From a virus, in the IMG/VR virus record IMGVR_UViG_3300044960_000439: a stretch of DNA of 64,000 bases; one strand, given 5' to 3'. The position numbers and the translations under genes are program-made. Position 1 is the stretch's first letter. Each line of letters begins with the position of its first letter. The notes below the pieces were generated by a model. It ran no database searches. It saw only the letters and a program-made list of their open reading frames with translations, and was not told the origin of the DNA. This document shows positions 39,650 to 47,592 of this stretch, piece by piece.

Positions 39650-40874
39650 GATAGGACATCTAGGAAATATTTTGCCAACTGAGGTTTGTGATTGGTTGAC
39701 TGAAAATGTTGATATAACTGCTTCAATCGGAGATCACAACGTTAGTTTATCTCTGACTGAAGAAGGGCATGTAATGAATATTGATCCAATATTTTTTAAT
39801 AATCTTACAGATGATGCCAAAAAGACTGTCCTCTTACAAGCAATTATGCATATTGTAAGAGGAGATTGTATCAACATGAGGCAAGTTGATTATCCAGAGA
39901 TCTGGAATATTGCGTCTGAAATTGTAATTAATGAACAGATTGGTGATTTAGGTCCTGCTCAAATTCAGACTGGCAGGCAATTTCTCACGTATCAGGATAT
40001 CAGGCAAGAGAAATGGCCAGAGTATACTCCACCTACAGGGTGGATTTATAACAAGTTAATTAGAGATTTGAAGAAGAAATTTGGTGAAAGCTCTTCCCTT
40101 GAGGAAGGATTACAACCACTTCCATCCGATATAAACGAGGATGATAATAAGGAGAATCTTACTAATTCTCACCTTCCAATTGACTACATGACTTATGCTA
40201 CTAAAGAAGGCAATTACCTTTATGTAAGAGTTAATCCTGCAGAAGGTGATTTGGATAAGTGCAAGGAAGCCTATGCTTCTACCTTTCTACAGGCCCCTAG
40301 TAGCTTTCTTGGTGGACATGATCTTCCAGATTACGATAGAAATCTGGAATATAAGCCAACACCTGAACCGAAAGTATTACGAGTTTTAGAATGCATTCTT
40401 TCTCAAATAACTAGTTATCAAGGTGATACTAAAGTAACTAATAAAACGTGGTTTAAAGAACACAGATCAAGTAGATATTCTAAAGGGACTCGTAGACTAC
40501 GGAGACTTACAATAGAAGTTGGTGTAGACGTTTCTGGTAGCATGGCAGAACATCTACTGAGGGTAATTGGAATAGCAGAATGGCTCAAGCAAACGCATGA
40601 CGTTACTGTAATTGCTTGGGCTGATAGAGCTGCAAAAGTAGATAATTCCAATTACAGTAAAGTATCAGTAGGAGGCGGTACAAATCCAACCTCCGTATTG
40701 AAAATGATTAAGAAAGATAACCCTGATGTTGCAGTCATTATGACTGATGGTTATTTCTGTGAAGCTGCCGAGCCGATTCCCACTTGCCCTGTAATTTGGA
40801 TTCTAGTAAATAACGCAACAGAAAGTGATATATTTAAGAGACCAATTGATCAGGTAGTTAAATTGACAGATTAG
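39636..40874 (+). CDS. DUF2201-like + VWA protein (module 2)
   Basis: WNIASEIVIN, MIDAS VDVSGSM, GGGTN, MTDG; HExxH replaced by QAIMH. Confidence 0.85.
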   Translation: MRRNEIGHLGNILPTEVCDWLTENVDITASIGDHNVSLSLTEEGHVMNIDPIFFNNLTDDAKKTVLLQAIMHIVRGDCINMRQVDYPEIWNIASEIVINEQIGDLGPAQIQTGRQFLTYQDIRQEKWPEYTPPTGWIYNKLIRDLKKKFGESSSLEEGLQPLPSDINEDDNKENLTNSHLPIDYMTYATKEGNYLYVRVNPAEGDLDKCKEAYASTFLQAPSSFLGGHDLPDYDRNLEYKPTPEPKVLRVLECILSQITSYQGDTKVTNKTWFKEHRSSRYSKGTRRLRRLTIEVGVDVSGSMAEHLLRVIGIAEWLKQTHDVTVIAWADRAAKVDNSNYSKVSVGGGTNPTSVLKMIKKDNPDVAVIMTDGYFCEAAEPIPTCPVIWILVNNATESDIFKRPIDQVVKLTD

Positions 40875-40884
40875 TATCAACAAG

Positions 40885-40906
40885 CCGCATATCTTCGGAT
40901 ATGCGG
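40885..40906 (+). other. Perfect 9-bp cUUCGg tetraloop hairpin 4 nt upstream of tRNA-Val
   Basis: CCGCATATC-TTCG-GATATGCGG. Confidence 0.7.
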
Positions 40907-40910
40907 TAAC

Positions 40911-40984
40911 GGGCCAGTAGCTCAGCCGGTCAGAGTACCTGCCTTACACGCAGGGGGTCGCAGGTTCGAGTCCTGCCTGGCCCA
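40911..40984 (+). tRNA. tRNA-Val(UAC)
   Basis: Acceptor GGGCCAG/CTGGCCC; anticodon arm CCTGC-CTTACAC-GCAGG; T loop GGTTCGAGTCC; CCA not encoded. Confidence 0.95.
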
Positions 40985-41024
40985 CTCGATGTTTAAAATG
41001 AAATCCTCAACGTTAGAGTTAAAG

Positions 41025-41276
41025 ATGATAATAAAGGTAAATAGCCTTACTCATAACTTAATGATTTGTTATGCTAGTTCTGATGAACCAATAGCTGCTT
41101 TAATCTTTTACGACAAAGAAGAAACTTCAATCCGTTTATTCGGTAAAACGACTAAACTTAATGAAGGAATAGCTGTTTATTTAAACCAGGAAAACACTAT
41201 CTGTAATGTTCGTTCTGACGCGATTAAAAGACTAGAGATAGGAAGTGTCAGAAATGAACTTATGTTAATAAGATAA
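41025..41276 (+). CDS. Small hypothetical protein (small-paralogue family)
   Basis: In frame with listed 40989; LFGKTTKL.EGI.V shared with 41395..41658. Confidence 0.65.
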   Translation: MIIKVNSLTHNLMICYASSDEPIAALIFYDKEETSIRLFGKTTKLNEGIAVYLNQENTICNVRSDAIKRLEIGSVRNELMLIR

Positions 41277-41394
41277 AGAAAAAGCTAAAATCCAATAAAT
41301 ATGGGTCTACATATCTGAGGAGGTGAAGGCTTTGATTTCGAGTTCTATCTAGTCTACTAGATATTTAAATTGAAATCCTCAACTGGAGAAATAA

Positions 41395-41658
41395 ATGCAA
41401 GTAAAGTTAATCATACATGACCCTAACGTATTCGGTTTTCGTACTGCTTTTAATACATCAATAGCTTATTTAAACTACAAGCTTGCAGATAGAACCACAA
41501 CTAGTCTATTTGGCAAAACAACTAAACTTAGTGAAGGGATAACTGTTTAGTTAAATCAGGAAAAGGTTAAACGTAGTTTGAATTATGATATAACCAGAAT
41601 AGTAGAGATAGAAAGTTTTAAAGACAGACTTACGTTAATAAGACAAAGAAAAAGCTAA
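41395..41658 (+). pseudogene. Paralogue of 41025..41276 with an in-frame amber stop
   Basis: MQVKLII..SLFGKTTKLSEGITV*LNQEK..; TAG at 41548 aligns with TAT (Tyr) in the sister gene. Confidence 0.7.
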
Positions 41659-41728
41659 TTCTAGTAATAGACAGGCAAGTATTCTAAGCAGAGATAAGGT
41701 AAAAATGTAAACTAAACGCATAATTTGC

Positions 41729-41746
41729 GGAATAAATATCTGGGAG
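41729..41746 (+). promoter_or_regulatory. Phage promoter-like motif GGAATAAATATCTGGGAG
   Basis: Preceded by AATTTGC exactly like the 4581 copy; ends 9 nt before the orphan CRISPR repeat. Confidence 0.6.
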
Positions 41747-41755
41747 TCCTTTCGC

Positions 41756-41791
41756 GTTGCAATGCCTGCGAAGAGGCTTGGTTTCTTCGAC
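41756..41791 (+). CRISPR. Orphan CRISPR repeat (36 nt) GTTGCAATGCCTGCGAAGAGGCTTGGTTTCTTCGAC
   Basis: The last 33 nt match repeat 45505..45537 except for 2 positions; 3' stem CGAAGA/TCTTCG followed by AC. Confidence 0.8.
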
Positions 41792-41840
41792 ATTTGTAAG
41801 GACTTTTGGTAGCTACATTTTAATCCCGGGAGGAAAAGCT

Positions 41841-42551
41841 ATGAGGTACCTATCTCTCCTTATTGGCCTGCTTTCTATTTGTATTACCATTACTTCTCAA
41901 GCACAAAATCTCAAAACACTTAATGACCCAAATGTTGAAGTAAGGATTTTGTGTGATGGTGTACAAATTACTAATACGAGTCCTGCAGAAGTCAGTGTAT
42001 TTGATTGGACTGTAGTAATTGGACAGAGAACTGATGATCATTATCCTCAGCCGTTGTGTTGTGCTTATATTTTAGATGGTAAATACGATCCAGTTATCAC
42101 TTACACTTCATTTGGAACTCCAAAGCAAGGTCTTCGCGAGAACGTTAGAGGCGGTGGTTTCTATTTTCATTGCACAATCCCACCACGTAATTCTGTCGTA
42201 CTAAGGGCTCTAGTACTTGGTTTCGGTAATGCTCACGCTATTACAAATATTCCGAAAAACGCAGTTTATAAACGAGTTAATAGAAATCTTGGTAGAAAAC
42301 ATGCTTTTGGAATCTATGCTTGCATGTCTACAATTCAAACTGCAATAGATAAGGGAGTCACTAAAGAAGAAGATTTGAAATCGACCAAAGAGATTGGTAT
42401 CCTGCTATTAGCTTTTTACGAAGAAAAATTTCCAGAATATGCGAGAATACGAGCTGTCATTTCAGAAGACTTTTATAAACAGCTAAGAGATCATTTCAGT
42501 GATATGCAACGCACAGGAGAACAACTATATAAAACAGTCTTTTGCGAGTAA
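41841..42551 (+). CDS. Exported hypothetical protein
   Basis: GGGAGG SD before ATG 41841; signal peptide MRYLSLLIGLLSICITITSQA; the listed TTG start 41757 lies inside the CRISPR repeat. Confidence 0.75.
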   Translation: MRYLSLLIGLLSICITITSQAQNLKTLNDPNVEVRILCDGVQITNTSPAEVSVFDWTVVIGQRTDDHYPQPLCCAYILDGKYDPVITYTSFGTPKQGLRENVRGGGFYFHCTIPPRNSVVLRALVLGFGNAHAITNIPKNAVYKRVNRNLGRKHAFGIYACMSTIQTAIDKGVTKEEDLKSTKEIGILLLAFYEEKFPEYARIRAVISEDFYKQLRDHFSDMQRTGEQLYKTVFCE

Positions 42552-42663
42552 TTAACTCTAATAAGATTTGCAAGATTAACAAGTCCAAGGCGAATTTGGA
42601 CGGTCAATTATCCTTCCACAGTTGCAAAAATATAGTCTATGACACTGTCGTGTACCACAAACG

Positions 42664-42775
42664 CCGGTGGTAATGTTGAGCTACCGGAAACGCTATGGGC
42701 GGGCGGTCCGCCCATGTAATCACCAGCCAGAGTGCTGGCGGCGAGCCGGCTTGGCCGAGACGACCGGAGGAGTGT
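42664..42775 (+). other. GC-rich multi-hairpin leader
   Basis: CCGGTGG/CTACCGG, ATGGGCGG/CCGCCCAT and CCAGC/GCTGG stems before the GGAGG SD of 42780. Confidence 0.45.
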
Positions 42776-42779
42776 TGCT

Positions 42780-43544
42780 ATGTCTGCTATTGTTAAGGTT
42801 ACCGTTCAGCGTACCAAGGATTGGGTGCGCGCACGGCGATTGGAAACCGGGGAAAACGTCCCGGAAACAATCGAAGTTGAGGTCCTAGCAGATCAGTTAC
42901 CTCGCGAAGTCCGGGAGCTACTGATCGAAGCCGGGGGCGGATCATACCCCGACGAATTCGCTGGCGATATCCGGCAGGACTACCTATGGATGTATCGGTC
43001 CGACTTGCGGTACGGGCGTGTACCGATCATCGTAGATGCCGACCAACCGACGCCGGAGTCAATAGCCGCGGCGATTCTGACTGCCGACAAGGAACGGCGT
43101 CGGATGAAGATGGAAGTTGAGGAAAAGATTCGTCAGCGTGAAGAACGAGAGCGTGCACTTGCCGAAGAATGGGCGCGGCTGCCCCTGGAGCAGCGGGCCA
43201 GTGCGGCTGGCGTGTGCGTTGCCCGCGACCCCGAGACGGGTACCATGAGCGCCTATGGGGTGCAATTGTACGATATCTCGGCGCTGAAGAAGTACGTACC
43301 AGAGGCGTTGGACGAGGCGGTCCTGGAGGTGGAACGCCTTCGCGAAATCGAGCGTGGCAGAGAGGCGATCAAGCATCGCGCTCTGCTGGCTGAATTACTC
43401 GGCTTAGTACCAGAAGACGCGCTGCGGCATGCCGTTAAACGTGCCGCCATTGATGGTATCGCCGGGAAACCGGCGTCAATTGAAGAAGTGCGGAAACAAG
43501 TCCATCAAGCCTGCCAGGCTGGCGGCGTCCGCATAAGTATTTAA
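42780..43544 (+). CDS. GC-rich hypothetical protein with coiled-coil
   Basis: GGAGG SD before ATG 42780, in frame with listed 42732; codon style distinct from the AT-rich backbone. Confidence 0.75.
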   Translation: MSAIVKVTVQRTKDWVRARRLETGENVPETIEVEVLADQLPREVRELLIEAGGGSYPDEFAGDIRQDYLWMYRSDLRYGRVPIIVDADQPTPESIAAAILTADKERRRMKMEVEEKIRQREERERALAEEWARLPLEQRASAAGVCVARDPETGTMSAYGVQLYDISALKKYVPEALDEAVLEVERLREIERGREAIKHRALLAELLGLVPEDALRHAVKRAAIDGIAGKPASIEEVRKQVHQACQAGGVRISI

Positions 43545-43564
43545 CAAACGTTGCGTTTATTACA

Positions 43565-43596
43565 GGCGGCCGGTGTGTACTCAAGCACCGGCCGCC
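43565..43596 (+). other. Perfect 11-bp hairpin between 42780..43544 and the Cas12m-like gene
   Basis: GGCGGCCGGTG-tgtactcaag-CACCGGCCGCC; no U tract. Confidence 0.6.
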
Positions 43597-43717
43597 GTTG
43601 TATCGGAAATCAGCGCTTCCTACTTCGCCCTGCAGTAAGAGATGCTCTAACGAATGTTGTCTATTCTAGTGGAACTGAGGGTTCTTTATCTCTAGGAATG
43701 GGAATAGGAGGACTATC

Positions 43718-45379
43718 ACGCCATTCGGCAGAATAGCCGGCCCAACTATTGTCTATAAATATGGGGCGAAAAAACCAACTACAAACGCAGAAGCGATTTT
43801 GGACCAGTTGCGCAAAGCACATCAGTACCGCAACAAGCTTGTCGAAATAGAGCTTCAACGACGCAAACTCGTCGAAGAAGCTGTCAAGAATATCGAAAGT
43901 GATGTCCGCCATTTGACGGACAAGTTAGAACAGCTTGAACTGGACATTGACTATACGGTTAGAAAAATCAGCAACCACAAACAGAAGAATCAGACTCGAA
44001 CTATCCCTGTCGAATTGAAAGAACGTCTCAAATCATTGAAAACTCAGTACAGAGAAGCGCTGCGGCGTATGAAAAAGGCCAAGAAAGCCGCGTACGCTCG
44101 TCCAGAAACGCAGGAGGCATTGAATCGAATTGAAGGAAAAGTGAGGGCTGAACACAAAAAAGCCCGTAATTTGTGTGGGCTCTATTGGGGTACTTACTGC
44201 CACGTAGAGCAGATCATCCCATGTATCAGAAAAGGACCGCCGCCGAAATTCCGCCGTTTCGACGGCAGCGGTGTATTAGCGGTCCAGCTTCAAAAGGGAG
44301 AAAACATTGCACGGTTGGAGAGCGGCGAAGACCGTCGCATCCGCATTGAGGGCTGCGGCAAGCGACGCATATTATGGCTGCGCATCGGATCGGACGAGAA
44401 CCGCGATCCGATCTGGGCGACGATTCCATTTACTTATCATCGTGAAATTCCAAGCGATGCGAAAATCAAGTGGGTGAAAGTCAAAGCCCAACGCATTGCA
44501 TGCCAAACTGAGTGGGAGGTGCTCTTTACGCTGGAACGGAGTTCCGGCTGGAAAAAGCCCGACCTAGCTCAGGATGGAGCAGTTGCCATCGACATCGGTT
44601 GGCGCAATTTCGATGATCGCATTCGCGTAGCATACTGGATTGGTAGTGACGGACGCGAAGGCGAAATTGCACTGCCCCATAACATGGTTGGCAAGGCGCT
44701 TGAACAAGTTGAGCATTTACGATCATTGCGAGACAAGAATTTTAACGAGATTAAGCAGCAACTGCTTGACGCTATCGGTGCGCTCCAGATTCCGGAGTGG
44801 CTAAAGGAGGTTACGAAAACGCTGCATCAGTGGCGTAGTCAAGGAAGACTGGCGGCGCTGGCCATTCGATGGCGGCAACAGCGATTCGATGGTGACAATG
44901 ATATATTTGCTCTACTAGAAACGTGGCGGGTCCGCGACAAGCACCTTTACGAATGGGAGGCACATCTCCGCGTGAAGGCTATTCGTTGCCGCAACGATTA
45001 TTTTGCCAACGTCGTAGCCGATTTGTCTCGTCGTTACAAGACAGCGGTTGTTGAGGATTTTGACTTGCGGAACGTTACACAGGTCGATCCGATACAAACG
45101 GAACAAATTGGCGATGGACGTCAGCTCTATCGTGCACACATCGCCGCGGCCGGTGGCTTACGGCAGATGATTAAGAATCGCTTTGCCGAAACGCAGATCG
45201 TGTCTGCCGTGCTCACAACGCAGACCTGCACGGAGTGCGGCGAAATCATGAACTTCGACGCGGCCGAGAGCGTATTTAGCAAATGTTCACATTGTGGCCA
45301 TGCGTTTGATCAAGACCGCGCAGCGGCGATTAACCTGATGCGACGATACGAGGAAAGGCTAGTTGCTGCGAACAGCTAG
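43718..45379 (+). CDS. cas12m: Type V-U1/V-M (Cas12m-like) TnpB-derived RuvC effector, ~553 aa, apparent ACG start
   Basis: IVYKYGAKKP..LDQLRKAHQYRNKLVEIE, LYWGTY, KFRRFDGSGVLAVQLQ, PIWATIPF..HREIP, RuvC-I VAIDIGWR, QWRS.GRLAAL..RW, RuvC-II VVEDFDLR, Zn finger CTECG..CSHCG, RuvC-III FDQDRAAAINL; CRISPR repeats downstream. Frame is open from 43679; the listed TTG 43799 cuts off conserved residues. Confidence 0.85.
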   Translation, partial: TPFGRIAGPTIVYKYGAKKPTTNAEAILDQLRKAHQYRNKLVEIELQRRKLVEEAVKNIESDVRHLTDKLEQLELDIDYTVRKISNHKQKNQTRTIPVELKERLKSLKTQYREALRRMKKAKKAAYARPETQEALNRIEGKVRAEHKKARNLCGLYWGTYCHVEQIIPCIRKGPPPKFRRFDGSGVLAVQLQKGENIARLESGEDRRIRIEGCGKRRILWLRIGSDENRDPIWATIPFTYHREIPSDAKIKWVKVKAQRIACQTEWEVLFTLERSSGWKKPDLAQDGAVAIDIGWRNFDDRIRVAYWIGSDGREGEIALPHNMVGKALEQVEHLRSLRDKNFNEIKQQLLDAIGALQIPEWLKEVTKTLHQWRSQGRLAALAIRWRQQRFDGDNDIFALLETWRVRDKHLYEWEAHLRVKAIRCRNDYFANVVADLSRRYKTAVVEDFDLRNVTQVDPIQTEQIGDGRQLYRAHIAAAGGLRQMIKNRFAETQIVSAVLTTQTCTECGEIMNFDAAESVFSKCSHCGHAFDQDRAAAINLMRRYEERLVAANS

Positions 45380-45501
45380 GTACGATAATATAGATATTAA
45401 TCGCTCGTAATATACAAGTTGAAACAACGTAATAGATGTCACAACGACTGCTACCAAAAAGAGGTCCAACATGTTATAAAGAACATAGTTAGATGAACGC
45501 T
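45380..45501 (+). promoter_or_regulatory. Probable CRISPR leader
   Basis: AT-rich non-coding 122 nt between effector stop and first repeat; contains ATGTT/AACAT inverted repeat. Confidence 0.5.
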
Positions 45502-45598
45502 CGTGCAATGCCTGCGAAGAGGCTTTATTTCTTCGACAGTGAAATGGATGATCAGAAGGGAACGTGTAATGCCTACGGAGAGGCTTCATTTCTTCGAC
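45502..45598 (+). CRISPR. CRISPR mini-array: two 36-nt repeats and one 25-nt spacer
   Basis: R1 45502-45537 CGTGCAATGCCTGCGAAGAGGCTTTATTTCTTCGAC; spacer AGTGAAATGGATGATCAGAAGGGAA; R2 45563-45598 CGTGTAATGCCTACGGAGAGGCTTCATTTCTTCGAC (4 mismatches to R1). Confidence 0.85.
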
Positions 45599-45612
45599 GA
45601 GGCGTCAGTACT

Positions 45613-45685
45613 GGGCCGGTAGCTCAGTGGTGAGAGCGGGCGCCTTATAAGCGTCAGGTCGCAGGTTCAATTCCTGCCCGGCCTA
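45613..45685 (+). tRNA. tRNA-Ile(UAU)
   Basis: Acceptor GGGCCGG/CCGGCCT; anticodon arm GGCGC-CTTATAA-GCGTC; T loop GGTTCAATTCC. Confidence 0.92.
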
Positions 45686-45719
45686 CTGTTTCATCCCCTT
45701 CCCCATATAGGAGGACAAT

Positions 45720-46466
45720 ATGACGAAGGTACGAAACATTGCTCTGTTCATTTTGATTTTCTCTCTTGGATTCGTAGGTTGTAAGTCTAAGGACGTTGTA
45801 GGACAGAAATATATTGATCCCTATGACATGGCTATTGATTATGTATACGAAGATGGAATTCTTAAAATTATCAATAATTCAAACAAACCTGTAGAGCTTG
45901 CTACACCAACGGTGTTTTTGGGATTCCCCTCTAAAGAGGGTGAAAATATGTTTTTCCTCCTTCTTAAGGAGGGAACGCACTCATTGACCCTTTATGATTT
46001 TGGTGGCGAGGACTACGTTGAGGATATTTATCCTTCAAACGATAATTCCAAAGTTAAAGAGATCTTGGTTGTTGACTTGAAGCCCAAGGAAGTTAGGGAA
46101 TATCCCGTAATTGCCGTTGCTATTCCTACCGAGGGATTTAGTTATCTGGTTGGAGACGGTACTTATGCTGTCCTTCCAGTAATCGGACACCACGAAAAGC
46201 GTTGGATCACCTTTATTGCTCTGTCATTCCTGGCAGAAGTATTGGATAAAGACAACTCTGATCTATACAAGAAAGCATTGGCTCTTGCTTTGCGATTCAT
46301 TTGGGTAGGACCAAATGATGACACTGAATTGAAAAGTATTGAAAAAGACTTGTTGCAAGAAGGCTGGTCAGAAGATGTTATCTCAGTTGCCTTTTCTGTC
46401 TTTGGAATGGCAAGGGAGAAAGCCAGGAAACATTTGAAGGATATTACGAAGATTAAAAGAATCTGA
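45720..46466 (+). CDS. Predicted lipoprotein
   Basis: AGGAGG SD; signal peptide with lipobox GFVG-C. Confidence 0.75.
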   Translation: MTKVRNIALFILIFSLGFVGCKSKDVVGQKYIDPYDMAIDYVYEDGILKIINNSNKPVELATPTVFLGFPSKEGENMFFLLLKEGTHSLTLYDFGGEDYVEDIYPSNDNSKVKEILVVDLKPKEVREYPVIAVAIPTEGFSYLVGDGTYAVLPVIGHHEKRWITFIALSFLAEVLDKDNSDLYKKALALALRFIWVGPNDDTELKSIEKDLLQEGWSEDVISVAFSVFGMAREKARKHLKDITKIKRI

Positions 46467-46497
46467 AGGATTCATACCCCCCCCCAAGGAGCAAAAT

Positions 46498-47592
46498 ATG
46501 AATAATGACATTACTATCAAGGCGGCGAAATCTATTCTTGAGTACAATATCATTCTTGGGTGTCAAGATCAGGAAGACAAACAAGGTTATATTTGGCCAT
46601 GTTTCATTGGACCGACTGGCAGCGGGAAGACTGCCAGGGCTGAGAAGTTGGCCAAGGAGTTGGGTTTGAAGCAGCACAAATTGCTGCTTCAGACGATGAA
46701 TCCAGAAGAAGTTGGTGGGATTCCTCGTCCCGTTGGTGACAACCTTCATTGGTTCCTTGATTCTTGGGCTGAAGATAATAGCTGTATTATCTTGGATGAG
46801 CTTGATAAGCCGGATCGTGAGCACTGGTCCACGATCCTTTCTTTGTTGACTGACCGTAAATTGCGTCATAAGCAACTAAATAGTACTGTCTTTGTGGCTG
46901 CTATGCAGCCTGTCGATGTTGAAATGTTCTTGTATGAAGAAACTGGCAGGGCACTCAGTGCCCGGCTTTGTTTTCTTCCCATTAATGAGAATGACTCATT
47001 TGAATTCGTTAGTAAGAAACATGGAAGGAAAAACTTGTTCCATCATGTTGGAGAAATTAAACTTCCAGTTTTGGAAGACGTGAAGGCCCGGCAATTGGAT
47101 TGGCTCGCTGGCTTTGTGGATTCTATGAATCCGGAAGCCTCGGTCTTGAATTTGGTGGTGAATGGGATCGTTCACCACAGGCATAGGGCCAAAGTCTTTG
47201 AATGGCTTGAAGCCAGGTTGGTTACTGAACTTGAGCCTGAAAGATTACTCAAGATTCTCGGCAGGAAGCCTGAATTGCATGATGAACTGGATATTGCTAC
47301 TGTCAATTTGCTCTGGCAGAATGCCAGTACTCTCTACGGTTGGACTGAAGAGATTTTAGAGAAGGTTTTGACCAGGATTTCTTGTGAAGTTGAACGCGAG
47401 CAGGCGTTCAATGTAATGAGAAATATGGTTGATAATTTGAAAAAGTATCCGGAAGATCAGGATGGCTATAAACCATTTGTTGAACCATTGACTTATGAAC
47501 AATGGTGTCGAGTTGTGGATAAAGTTTCCAACAATATTGTAAAGTACTTTACCGCAAAGGAGAATAAAAATGGACAATCTAAACAAGGATAG
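46498..47592 (+). CDS. MoxR-like / AAA_5-type AAA+ ATPase (module 3)
   Basis: GPTGSGKT, IILDELDKP, FVAAMQP, ALSARL; close paralogue of module 2. Confidence 0.88.
   Translation: MNNDITIKAAKSILEYNIILGCQDQEDKQGYIWPCFIGPTGSGKTARAEKLAKELGLKQHKLLLQTMNPEEVGGIPRPVGDNLHWFLDSWAEDNSCIILDELDKPDREHWSTILSLLTDRKLRHKQLNSTVFVAAMQPVDVEMFLYEETGRALSARLCFLPINENDSFEFVSKKHGRKNLFHHVGEIKLPVLEDVKARQLDWLAGFVDSMNPEASVLNLVVNGIVHHRHRAKVFEWLEARLVTELEPERLLKILGRKPELHDELDIATVNLLWQNASTLYGWTEEILEKVLTRISCEVEREQAFNVMRNMVDNLKKYPEDQDGYKPFVEPLTYEQWCRVVDKVSNNIVKYFTAKENKNGQSKQG

Noticed and set aside
41548-41550. Genome-wide amber recoding suggested by the in-frame TAG
   Set aside because: Many intact genes end in TAG (e.g. dcd, 4692..5099), long ORFs are not fragmented under code 11, and no suppressor tRNA was seen
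41757-41840. TTG start and N-terminal extension of ORF 41757..42551
   Set aside because: Begins inside the CRISPR repeat; the SD and signal peptide fit ATG 41841
45450-45459. 10-nt complement (GCTACCAAAA) between the orphan-repeat guide (41804-41813) and the array leader
   Set aside because: Only 10 nt and not at the repeat-proximal seed; such matches are expected by chance, though cheap to test
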